DNA of 64,000 nucleotides from Yuukianura sp. NJ FZ-2021 (Eukaryota): NCBI GenBank assembly GCA_046563655.1, contig CM102285.1, positions 4,712,001 to 4,776,000 of the forward strand, read 5' to 3'. Shown piece by piece: positions 52,008 to 64,000 of this stretch (position 1 is its first letter; each line of letters starts with the position of its first letter). The notes under the pieces were generated by a model. It saw only the letters and a program-made list of their open reading frames with translations, ran no database searches and was not told where the DNA came from. The position numbers and the translations under genes were made by a program.

Positions 52008-55000
52008 TCATTTGTATAGACATGCTTTCTGATCATAGTCTGAGAGATTAGTGATCTTGAGCGTACTAATGTCCTCCAAGGGACATTCCTCGTCAGTTAG
52101 TCCCTGGAACTGAATCCACATCTCTCGTAGGGTTGTGTTCGTAATATAGGTACTCATCTTATAAAATTCAAAAACCAGATAATTTCACAAATTGTTTTTT
52201 CTAAAATGCCCAAATGAAGTGGAAACTGCTTACTGTTTTCCTGATGTCACAGAGGTTGTCGCCTTTTCCGTAACTGATGAGTGGTGAGTTTTGTGGTCGA
52301 ATCCCAACTTCTCTTGTGAGAAGTCCCATCACATAGGCATCACTGAAAAAATACAAAAAATTTTTGTTACTTTTTAGCTTCATCTGTGCTATGGTTTCTA
52401 ATTTAATTTACTCCATGTGGATGATGGGTGTGGTGTTGGAAGCATTGAGCAGTGGTTCCAGAACGTCTGTTCTAACCAGGTATGCAACCCCGCTCAAGTA
52501 CCCTACAAATTCACTCACTTTTCACACAACTTTCACTTTAAATTATACAATTTTGTTAAGTAGTAATTAAGTTAAATTGTGGTTAGAGTGTTGACAGTTT
52601 TTAGTGCAAGTACCAGCGTAGTAGTCCGGAGCATACATGTAGCGAGGGACGTAGTATTTGGTAATGTAGGCTATACTTCGAATGGCTTTTGTACCGCAAA
52701 ATGGGACGCCTCTGTTAATTAAAAAACAATAATTTCCAAATAATTTCAAATGTTTGACTACAGAAGCTACTTCCAAATCGCAAACAGTTTTTTCTCTCTG
52801 CGGAGCACAATAAAAATAAGTTTTATGGAGGGAATTCACCTTTAAGCAAATGAGTACAGACTGTATTAACGCTTTGCGGAGGTCACAAATTCCAATGGCT
52901 CTAATGAGTTAAGAGGCATTGGACCACCCGCATTATTATACATTAGCCATTATATCACAAAGTTTTTCAAAACTCAAACTGCGAAACTATTAGAAATCAA
53001 AACGAAACGAAACTCAAAATAGAAATTCAAACTACAAATCACATCTTATTGCAATGCAACTTGAAAGAGGCTCCTAATGTAAGATTTTTGAGCAAATATT
53101 GATTACATTTAGTAATCGGAGCGGATCTTACATTAGCTCCGTATCTGGATTGGCGTCGGTGATGCGTCTTGCGAGTGGAACGTTGAGAAAAAAGTCGTCG
53201 TCAGCCTTGAAAAGCCACGATGGCATCGGAGCTCCACGACTGCGGCAGTACGTGACAACCCAATTGTACATGGACAAGTGACTCAAGGTCAAGTTGTGGT
53301 ACGAGTCCATGAAATCAGCCTGCACAATGTCATCATTTTCTATATGCTCTTGGTCGATCTCTGACTGACAGCAAACATTTCAAGTCATGTTTTGGAAACA
53401 ATTTTTGAGAAAAAAAGAAGAAACTTATCAACTCACTTGGAGCGTCTCATTTGCAACAATTCCAAAAAGAAACACCAGTCTCGCCCCATTTTCTTCCAGG
53501 AACTTGAAATTTCCAAAACTGTTTCTGATTGCTTTCCGATGCTGTAAATGAGTACTGTCCCTCAGCAGCTATAAACGACCCTCTGGAAATGAGGAATTAT
53601 GGCGGCTTGTCAAAAAAATAGGTCCACAAAAATAAAATTCACCGTTTTTCAATAAAGCGGTTTTCCTGCCACAGATTGTTCAAAATTTTTATTCTTTCAC
53701 AATTTTGAACTTTTTTCAAAATTTTGAACACTTTTTTTTTCAAAATTTTGAAGTTTTTTCAAAATTTTGAACTTTTTCCAAAAACTTTCACTTTTTTCAA
53801 AATTTTGAACTTTTTCCAAAAACTTTCACTTTTTTCAAAATTTTGAACTTTTTTTCAAAATTTTGAGCATATTTTTTCAAAATTTTGAAGTTTTTTCAAA
53901 ATTTTGAACTTTTTCTCAAAATTTTGAAGTTTTTTCAAAAACTAACTTTTTTCAAAAATTTTGCACTTTTTTCAAGATTTTTCAAAAATTTTTCACTTTT
54001 TTCAAGATTTTTCAAAATTTTGACCTTTTTTCAAAATTTTGAAAAAAGGTCAAAATTTTGAAAAATCTTGAAAAAAGTGAAAAATTTTTGAAAAAAGTTA
54101 GTTTTTGAAAAAACTTCAAAATTTTGAGAAAAAGTTCAAAATTTTGAAAAAACTTCAAAATTTTGAGAAAGTGTTCAAAATCTTGAAAAAAGTTCAAAAT
54201 TGTGAAAGAATAAAAATTTTGAACAATCTGTGGCAGGAAAACCGCTTTATTGAAAAACGGTGAATTTTATTTTTGTGGACCTATTTTTTTGACAAGCCGC
54301 CATAATTCCTCATTTCCAGAGGGTCGTTTATAGCTGCTGAGGGACAGTAGGAGCAGAACTGATGAAAAGCAACATTTTCACTTCGGGGCCACAGAATGCA
54401 GTTTTGTTCGAAGGACTTTTGAGGTAGAGATCCATCGTGTAAAGTCGGATGTAGTCTGGTACGGACATGGAAACGTCCGGAGGCCAAGTAGGCAGTTCAG
54501 GATCCTGTTTGGACCACTCTTCACGGGCAATAGCGGTCACTTTGTCAGCTTCCGCTTTTTCTTCGGGACATAAGCAGAGCATGGCCAATTCAGGATCCAG
54601 TGTTAAATTAGGGCAACTGGCGCTTGGAAATCGATCTTGGCGTCGTGCGGCTAAAAACGTAAGTTCGCTGGCCGGAAATGGACGAACAACACTCGGAATT
54701 GGACGGTACACAAGCACAAGGCTTTCAAACGGAATTCCTCCAGGGTGAACTCTAAATGTCACGTTGTACTGTACTCTGCTTGGAGAAATTTGCTTTTCTT
54801 CAAATTCTGTCACAGATAGAGGATTGGCCCACCACTTTGCGCAGGGAGTTCCTTCCAATCGCTGATTGACTTCTCTGACACTGAACACGACGAGTTTGCG
54901 CAGAAGCAAGAGGACCTCAGTACGCTGTTTGGATTCGAATACACTGCGTCCATCACTTACGACCAACGACCAGAGAGATAAAATCCATCTCGTTACAATC

Positions 55001-55170
55001 GAAACTGATGTTTGTGGTTTGTCTTCTGATTGGTGGACCCAAGTTTTGGATGGGATGGTCATCGGACTAGGATTGGACAATCTGTTGCTAGGAAACGCCA
55101 GAAACTGAATCGTCACCAAGAAAACGACGAGTACAAGCACTCCAAGTTTGAACGAGCGACTCCATGCCAT
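52008..55170 (-). pseudogene. GT31 beta-1,3-galactosyltransferase-like, copy C, exon 1 interrupted
   Basis: The motif SSAPT|HLQHRKAIRN is split by the 53555-54347 insertion, which adds an in-frame TAA. The other exons look intact. Confidence 0.8.
53555..54347. mobile_element. Foldback-type non-autonomous element, TA TSD, internal TTTTTTCAAAATTTTGAA repeat arrays
   Basis: At least 160 bp of near-perfect TIR with termini CTGTCCCTCA/TGAGGGACAG. TA at 53553-53554 and 54348-54349. Confidence 0.93.
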
Positions 55171-56237
55171 TGTCAACTAGCGACGATTTGATGTAGAAAT
55201 AACAATTTGAAAAAACGAGATATACAAATTGCAATGTCGTCGTTATGTTAACCTTTTCCTATTGTTACTAACGGAGGCCCCAGAAATTCGTGTCTATTAG
55301 AAGGAAATGGAAGTTGTGATTCTGATTGTGAATATAATTTAATCACACAATAGTAAGGCCGTAGTCGATTTGTAATTTTCTCCATGTGGAAGCATAAATT
55401 TTGCGATAAATTTTTTGCAGACACTCCCAGTACTTAACACCACCGGAAAACAGTCTGATATGATATTCCGGAATTCATTTTGAATTCAAAGTTCATAATT
55501 TGTAAAAATGCTCTAAATAAACAAAACTACAGTAAGATTAGCGTGTGACCTCGTTAGGATGCCACACGTCGTTGTGGTTTGTTTTGTTTGGGTCACCAGT
55601 TAATTGGTAATCGAAACCGTCAAACGTTTAAGCACCACTAAACTAAACTAAACACTTTCCTCGTTTCGTCCACACTGAAGTTAAAGAGGCAACATCCCAT
55701 TTTCGGTTTTTATGGCTTGGTGTGTTAAAGTTCTTCCCTCATGGCTATAAACTAAAAGTGTGTTCAAACACAATGGTGACTTATTTTTAGAAGGGAGTGA
55801 ATAATTCGGTATGGGAATTCCTGCTTCTTACAGGTTGTTGTCTAAAGCATTTGAACTGCTTAGCTTTTTTTCCGTTTTCTTCCTAGAATCAATTTGAGTT
55901 TGGTCTTAAAATCGTTTTACACCAATAACAAAATACGACACAAGTCACAACAGTCCTTTCGATTTGACAACTAATTCCAGAGAGAAAGTACGACGGCAGA
56001 TACGATGTGCATTTCGACTTTTGCTAAAAAACTTCCCTTTAGTTAAGCTTGGCTTTGCCAATTGTGTTTTAGCACTTGGGAATAAAGGGGGAGTAATAGA
56101 AACGGATAGAATTTCATGTCACAGTGAAACTTAGGAAGAGGAATAGCGTGTTTAGGTTTTGAATATGAATTTTTGTGTGCATGGAATTATCTGGATGGAA
56201 GTTGTGTGTTTGGACGTTCTGTCTGTTCATAAGTATT

Positions 56238-58678
56238 TTATTCATAGAAACAGAATCGATTTACTGCCGAGTTCAATTCCTCCACAACAAGGAGCCCTTG
56301 GTCAACGTCACAGGATGAAGTGCTGGACAGACGCTTGTTCAAGGCCTCCCATTGCACTTCCATATCAGTAGAGTTGAATACATATGAGCTGACCTGAAAT
56401 GAACAGACACCGATTTTTCAGATGATGACCTTTAACCTTGAGATTATGATTGAATTACGTACCATGAGTTTGGACCGACAGGGATTCGGCTCCGTTCGTC
56501 TATAAGAAAACAACTTGGAATTTCTAGGTCGAATGTGAAGTTCCCTTGTGAGGAGGCCCATAACATAGGCGTCGTCCATATGAGTCAGTGGCGTATTTCT
56601 AGACGCTTCTAAAATGTGTTTGAACACGCGTGTTTGAACAAGGTAAGCGACGCCACTGAGATACCCAGCGTAGTAGTCTGGGGGGTACATGTACCTAGGT
56701 ACGTAGTACTTCTTGACATAAGCAGTGTCTCGAACGGCCTTTGTCCCACAAAACTGAACGCCTCTAAAATTAACCAAAGAATAGGAATAGAGTTTTTTTT
56801 TTTTTAAAAAGAGTTTTTTTTTTCTAAGTTTTGGAATTTATCATTTTATGAATTTGTATATTAAGTTTAAAATTACAGGAAGTCGATTTCAGGATTAGCT
56901 GAAGCGACGCGCAGAGCCAAGGGAATGTTGAGAATAAAATCATCATCAGCCTTGAGAACCCATTTTGGCATCATCATCGCTTGACTTCGGACACAAGTTT
57001 CTAGAACCCAATTGTACATTGCCAAGTGACTCATGCTCAAATTGTGATAAGAGTCACTGAATTCCGCTTGCACTATGTCTCCATACAATTCATGCTCAAG
57101 GTCAATTTCACCCTGTTAAATTAAAATATTCTAAGATTCAAAGAGAGTAAAATAAAAATTTTGATTGCAATTGCAATAATTTGCGTCTAACGTACTTTAT
57201 GTATAAGGTCGTTAAATTCAATTTATATAAATTCGACTTTGTAATTGAACTCATGCAACGACGTCTTACGTTAAGTAAGGACGTGTCACGTTGTTTTTGT
57301 TTAGTACATGAGCCACTTTTGTTAAACAATAGGCTAATTAATTCCTTTAACTTAGCCGTAGACGATGTGAAGACTCGTCAATTTGAATTTTTACGAAGCT
57401 AATCTACTAAGGCCACGGTAAAGTCAAATCAGCCAAATTGTTGCAAATCTGACAATTCAATAAGTAGACTTTTAAACCCACTGTTTGGACTTTCACTTTA
57501 CGAGTTACCTGTAAAGTTTGATTTTTAATTTTCCCAAAAAGGAATAAAACTCTGGCTCCAATTGCATTCAGATGCTGCGGATTTCCAAAAGTTTTGCGAA
57601 TGGTTGTTCGCTGCGTCTTGTGGGTTGGAGCTGAGCTGATGAAAACAATCATCTTGACCTCAGGGGCACAGAATTGTATTTGAATTGGAGGGTTTTTGAT
57701 GTAAAGATTTGTATCCAACTTAATGTACTCTGATACAAACATAGGAGAGTCTGGAGGCCATGAAAACAGTTCTGGATCAGTTTTGCCCCACTGGAACCTT
57801 AGTTTAGCAGTCACTTTCTCCGCTTTCACCTTTTCTTCTGGACAGAGGCAAATTGTACGAACATTTTGTGGAACAGATCCACACTTGGAAGGAATTGGGT
57901 TGACACGACTAGCATTTACAAAAACTAAATCTGACGTTGTATACTCCAGTCCCCCTGTGGCTCCCTGCACAATGACAATATTTGCTACAAATCGGACATT
58001 TCCTGGCTGAGCGTCGAACACAATTTTGTAGAGCTTGACACCTTGGTAGATTTCGGTTTCCTCTAAATTTGATACCGATAATGGATTGACCCACCATCGA
58101 GTGCACTCCGTCTGGCCACTGTAGCTGATTCGCTGATTCACTTCACGGATTGCGAACAGCGCTAATTTTCGAATCAAGAGAAGTAAGTCCTGACGCTGTT
58201 TTGAAATTTTCGGTTTTGGACCTTCAGTCAACATGGATTCTCTGGTGAAAGTCCAAGTTCTGCTGATGTGTTTTCTATTTCCACTGACTTTTGCCTTTCT
58301 CTGCCCATCGATAGCTGCTGAAGCGTTTTCATGGATTTGGACATTTTTAGTGCCAGAAGTTGGATTATTACTTTTTGTAGTAATTCGACGAAGTTTTTGA
58401 ACTTCGCGGGTTTTAGTATGATTTCGAGTTACACCATGGTGGGATGCATTGTCTTCAAAAATTTCAGGACTCGGGGGAGCAGTGAGTCTGAGCACAAGAG
58501 CACTTTGACCTGGAGAGGTCACTCCTTCACTTGAATATTTAAGAAATTGTGAAAAATCAAGAAGGATGAATAGCATGAGGAGTTGTGCTACAATTATGAC
58601 ACTTAGGACAAGGAACCCGCTGCGACACATTTTGTAGAACTGAAGCAGAATTTCCGGAGATTGCTTCATTTCCTGCAT
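56238..58678 (-). CDS. GT31 beta-1,3-galactosyltransferase-like, copy D (longer stem, fewer introns)
   Basis: FISSAPTHKTQRTTIRKTFG, DIVQAEFSDSYHNLS, KADDD, YYAGYLSGVAY, HMDDAYVMG. The start may instead be the Met at 58630. Confidence 0.88.
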
Positions 58679-59473
58679 AATTCATTCATCTCTTATCGGA
58701 CTCGGACCACCCTCACAGGAACTCTCATAGCAAAGCAAATGAGGATTCTGGACCATAAGACACTAAAAACCAACATCATCCAATTACTTGCAAATTCTGA
58801 TTTCCTGTGTCCCATATCCAAAATGCAAAATAAAAGGAAAAAAATGTAAGCCAAATTGCAACGTCCGTCGTTAAGTTTTGTTCGGGATGCTTTTTTTTTA
58901 TTGTTCTCTGGATAACATTGAAATGTGCGTAGTCATTCTTTGCCTTCTATTTTCATGATTTTTTTAGAACAAAGTTTCCCCACTCTACTCTCTCTCTTTA
59001 ATATTCGTATCGACACTCTAAAAACAGAACGCCAGTAGTGTTTGGAATAATTTTTAGAAAATCTAGCTATCAGCTAACCTTAGAGCAATAAAAACAGCTC
59101 AAAAATCAAAAAAAAAAATGTTTCTACAAATGCGTACTTTTCATTTCGTATGCCCTCGTTGTTAATTTTTGTTGAATCAAAATTTGTTATTATGAAATTC
59201 GTTTTCACTCATCTTTTCATTGACTTCATGCATTTGCTTTTTAAATTTTTAGCAATTAGTGTTTGATGTAATTTGCAGGAGTAAAACAAGTTTTGCTGGT
59301 TTGCGTCTCGAGCAGAAGGGGTGAAAAACCGGGCTGAGTTCAATAAACACATCTAAGCAAAAGCACAGAAATCTGCAAAAAGATTACGGAGATTTCAATA
59401 AATTCTAAACACAATATCAGTGACCATCCGATGCTAACACTGGCCACACAAATTTCAGTTTCCAAAACAAAAT

Positions 59474-62068
59474 ATGGTTTTCAATCGTAGTTTCTTAGTT
59501 GTGACTTTGGCGTTATTGGTTGCAATTTCAACGGTCACAGGTCATCAGAGAACTTCCATAGAGTCAACTGTAAAGGTTTTGCTGAATGACAAGGTCAATG
59601 GACCTGGCTATATTGGGCTTGTGCAGAATGTCAAAAGAGGAAAGCCAATTGCGGCATTCAAAGGGATCCCTTTTGCAAAACCACCAATTGGAGAACTCCG
59701 CTACAAGGTATTTAAACCGACAAAAATTTTAGAAATCTAAAATAAAATTCAGAAATTCTACAAAATTAAAGGGTGTCTTTACTTGACGTTTCTTTTTTGC
59801 AGCCACCAATACCGTATGAAGAAACTGAACTCAGGAATGCTGCTCAGTTTGGGCCGCCGTGTCTCCAATGGGATTTATTTGGAAATCAAAATGTAACTGG
59901 CTCCGAAGACTGCTTGCATCTAAACGTTTTTGTTCTAAGAGATCAGTTGAAAGGGCAGAAAAAACTGCCAGTGATGGTGTTTTTCCACGGCGTTGGGTAA
60001 ACCAAAGCCTATTTAAATCATTTTGTTGCTCTCGTTAGCAAGAACGTCTTCAAATTAACAATCCCTTTGGTACTCCAGGTTTGTTGCGGGGCAATCTGAT
60101 ACTTACAATCCCGAGTACTTGGTTCAGAAGAAAGTGGTCGTTGTGACTGTGCAGTATCGTTTGGGAGCCCTTGGATTCCTCAGCAGTGGAGATGCTCTGC
60201 AGCCAGGAAACATGGGTTTGATGGATCAAGTGGAATCACTTCGATGGGTCCAAAAGAACATCTTCCACTTCGGAGGAGATCCACAAAAAGTGACGATATT
60301 CGGACAGTCCGCTGGAGCAGTCGCAGTTTCCCTGCATTTAGTATCACCGCTTGCCAAGGGTAAAAACGTATAGATTCTGCTCTGTTTTTAAATTTTAATT
60401 TGGAAGCGTTCGTGTTTTTGCAGGTCTTTTTCATCGAGCCATCATTCAAAGCGGGACGGTTCTAGCTCCATTTACAATTCAAAAGTCGCCGTTAACGCAT
60501 GTGCAGAGACTTGGATCCAACCTGGGCTGCATTTCATCCGATACGAAAACCCTAGTTGACTGCATCAGATTCTCGGATCCTAGGGAAGTCATTGCCACGG
60601 ACGCTCTAGGTGCAGAAAGAGTAAGATTTGAAAAAAGAAATTGCACTTCGTTTTTAGAATCAAAATTTTGAAAATTTCTCCTCCTCTCGGAGCAGATTCT
60701 TCCGGTCGCTAAAATGCACTCATCAGTTTGCTTTCTTGAATTTTTTTTTTCATGAAGCCCAAATTCTGAATTGTTTGAATTTTGAGAAATTCTACGGAAA
60801 AATTGACTTAATGCCAACTTAATATTCACTTTTTATGAAATTCTTAGTTTTCTGGAAGTGATCGTAAATCGAGTCGTTCAAACAAGAAGCCACCAACTGC
60901 CGGTCCCGTCGTCCAGTTGGAAGAAGCCGCTGGATGGCCACTTTACTTGGGGGAGGATCCAGTAACTGCTCTGACACAAGGACGCCTTAACACAGTTCCC
61001 GTTGTGCTTGGCGTGACACGCGATGAAAGCGCAAGCGCTGTGCTCAGTAAGTGCTCAATAAGAATTTTCTTTACATTATATTGTTTTAACTTACTTTTTT
61101 TTTAATTTCAGACAGTTTGATTATAAGATTGAGTAACGCCAGTGCAAGTGATCCGAAATACCCTGAGCGTGTTTTCCTTAAGAAAGTGGTGAAGGGCTCC
61201 GGATTTACTAACAACACCGAAGTGTTGAAACTCGCTGTGAAGTTTGAATACTTTAAGAACTATCCAATGTCCGATGTGTGCGAACTCCGTGACGAGTACA
61301 TTGCTCTCCAATCGGACTTTAGCATCATTTCTCCCGTTTACAGAACAGCAATGCTTCTGTCCAAGGTCACACAGACCTACTTTTATTCGTTTGAGTACGA
61401 AGGGGTCCACTCTTTCGCTGAAATCCTGTCTCAAGCACCAGATCGTGAGCCTAGGGAACCGAAACAACGTTATCAACGACAACTTAGCACAAGCGAGAAG
61501 GAGATATTGGATATTAGTCCTGAAATTGCCGCAGAACTGGAAAAACTTGGAGGAGAAGCTCTGCATTTGCACGTCCACAACCGTAATTTCATGAAATTTG
61601 ACATTTTTTAAGCTTCATCAAGTCAAAGTGCTACCTATAGGATTTAATTCAATCAAATTTTAAAGGCTATGTAATTCACGGAGAGGAGTTGCTGTATCTG
61701 TTTCAATTTCGAAATCCCATCACCAATTCAGTCATTGACATTGATGACCCTGAGGGACTTCACGTTCGGGAAATCATCACAACGTTATGGGCAAACATGG
61801 CTGAATTTGGGTAAGATTTTTATTGACCTTGTAGAATAGTCAGACTATTCTAAAATTATTGTTGTGTAGACAACCCACTACGAACGACACTGACAAGAGA
61901 CTGTCAATTCCCTGGAAGCCATTTGCAGAAGAAGCCCCTTACACTTTACGACTAAACGACAAGGCCACACTCCTCATTTCCTACAGACACCGGAAAATGC
62001 TCTTCTGGTCAACACATCTTCCCCAATTGGAACAAGCGGACTTGTGTTCCTCAAGGTCGCGGAAATAA
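59474..62068 (+). CDS. Secreted type-B carboxylesterase (multi-exon)
   Basis: Signal peptide, [59 protein letters not shown]. Confidence 0.93.
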
Positions 62069-62990
62069 TGCTGCATAAAACTATAATAATTCTTGGGTTT
62101 ATAATAAATTAAATACGGAATTGCCTTAACCCATCGTCATCCCAATTCCACATTTTTTACCCGGTTTTTAAAAACCACAACGGACAATTGTGCGTCTAAA
62201 AGCCATTCACGTTGAAGTTATCTGAATTTTAAACTTTGACCTTTGCAATAAGTTGCAACACAATTTTACGTAGTAATTCTACTGTTTTCCAATTCATCTT
62301 GAAAACAATTTCGAGGAATCATTTGTGCTAATGAGTTTTGGTGATTTAATTAATCCACAATTAAGTGACTTTCCCCTTGATTTAGAATTAGATTTTTCAG
62401 TTAAATTGTATTAGAGGGGTGGAAGAGAAAGAAAAATCTAAATATCCTGCCTTCTGTAGAAAAATTTCGTCAAGGTCAAACTCTCTGTGTTGTTCGACCT
62501 TCAAACAGTTCAAGTGATAACACAGTCAAAATTCCTTAGTATGGCTTATGGCTGGCTCCTGGGAGTCGAGTTTATCAGAAGTCTTCTACATTTAGACACG
62601 TCCCACAAAAAACCAACCGTGTGGACTCAGCTTCCCATGCTATCTTCATTCATATTTGCCTCATTCATTCAAACCTAAAAATTCCTCACTAAGAAATACC
62701 ACCGATTGCGTATCTTTCCCTCCACTAGATTAGCTGTAGATTCTTGACTCAAATCAAGGCTTTCTGTACGAATCAGTTCCGGAAACTGAGTTTCAGAATC
62801 AAACCACATTAAAATTATTTTAATAAGGTTCATTGGGGAGCTTTAGTAATTAATTTAATAAAAGAAGTTACGAAGGTAATAGCATTACGAAGGTATTGAA
62901 TTCGCCAATAATTTTGTGAATTTCTGCAAGTAGCTTGAACCTAATTTTGTGAATTTCTGCAAGTAGCTTGAACCCATGTGATGAATTGTT

Positions 62991-63957
62991 TTAAGTTTCC
63001 GCATCTTGGTCATAAAACACTCCGATTTGCTTCCGGATTGTCTCTCTGAGTTCAGCCATTAAAATACTCTCGTCGTGGCTTACGATCGGGCTTTCGAGCA
63101 ATCCTTAAAAACAGGAACAATTAAAATTTCTAACATTTTCGTTTTGTTTTCAGATGAGTTTGCCCTGTACATTTTTGTGAAGGAAATGAATTAATTTTGT
63201 ACCATTTTTAATGCAGCGCCTCACTTCCATGCACTGGTATGCAAGTCCTTGTGTATTCTTGAAGATTGGTTTCCTGTCGGTTTTTGGGAGGTCATACTCA
63301 AACGTTTCCTTCGGCGTTACCAATTTTGTTGGACACCAAAATAGTGGGCCGAGCTTAAGTAAAAATCGGATTTATAAGAAATTGATTGAATTCAGTTTCT
63401 AAAACTTTCTACTTGAAACTTTGAATTTCAAAATGCAAGAGTAACCTTCATGGTCCCTTTGGTTCCCACAATTGCAGCTTCATTTGGTAACTCAACCCTG
63501 CAGTGCGTCTGAAGCGTAGCCGTTCCGCCTTTTGAATAAATCAGCGTAGCACTGGAACTTTCATCAATGTCATGCTCATTCAAATGTCCCCCGGCAATTA
63601 CTTTCTCCGGCCGCTCTCCACCGAACACCAAACAAGCAAGTTGAATTGGGTAGCTTCCAATGTCCAAAACGCTTCCAGCACAAACGCTTTTGTTCCACCT
63701 GGAAATCCATTCACTAAATTCAGAGTTTGTTGGACCAAAGTTTGTTATTTAAGCATAATTAAATCAGAGTCTTTGCTGAAACTCATTTTTTAGAACTGGA
63801 AGTTCATTTTTGGCATTAGATTCATACGTACATTCTCCAGTTGCCGTCGAAGCAGTATCCAATTCCAGCGTTCACTTGAAGTATTTCTCCAATGGTACCT
63901 TTACGAATTTCCTCTCGTAGTTGGTCATAGGCTGGGAAAAATCTGGACCAGTACGCC
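62991..63957 (-). CDS. DHDH: Dihydrodiol dehydrogenase paralog, 5' part outside the window
   Basis: AYWSRFFPAY, VLDIGSYPIQ, GTKG, YQCMEVRRCI, LESPIVSHDES. Same intron positions as the 40-42 kb copy. Confidence 0.88.
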
Positions 63958-64000
63958 TGCACATAGGGTGTTGCATTCAATATCAACCAAAAGTGATAAC

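Overview
Gene-dense, AT-rich eukaryotic DNA with many short GT-AG introns. It looks arthropod, and the gene content suggests a springtail (Collembola), which is inference only. About 20 protein-coding genes can be reconstructed: a lone histone H1, a Pmp3 proteolipid, a degenerate HD-domain protein, an ENY2-domain protein with a long charged tail, FAM8A1, importin-9, a large secreted Gly/Gln-rich protein, a MARVEL-like protein, a Scratch-family zinc finger, a divergent ionotropic receptor, a CCDC102-like protein, two DHDH paralogs, a knottin fused to a bacterial-like domain, TRAPPC2L, four tandem GT31 galactosyltransferase-like genes and a carboxylesterase. The most striking element is a 546-bp miniature LTR retrotransposon (33127-33672) with a 4-bp TSD, a tRNA-Lys primer binding site and a polypurine tract, whose two LTRs each embed a complete tRNA-like Pol III cassette. 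Also present are an intact, intron-bearing pogo/Tigger transposon nested in a Harbinger-like element, and two foldback elements sharing CTGTCCCTCA termini that each interrupt a coding exon. Two single-base frameshifts and a 100-N gap are probably assembly artefacts. All family assignments come from remembered motifs, not database searches.
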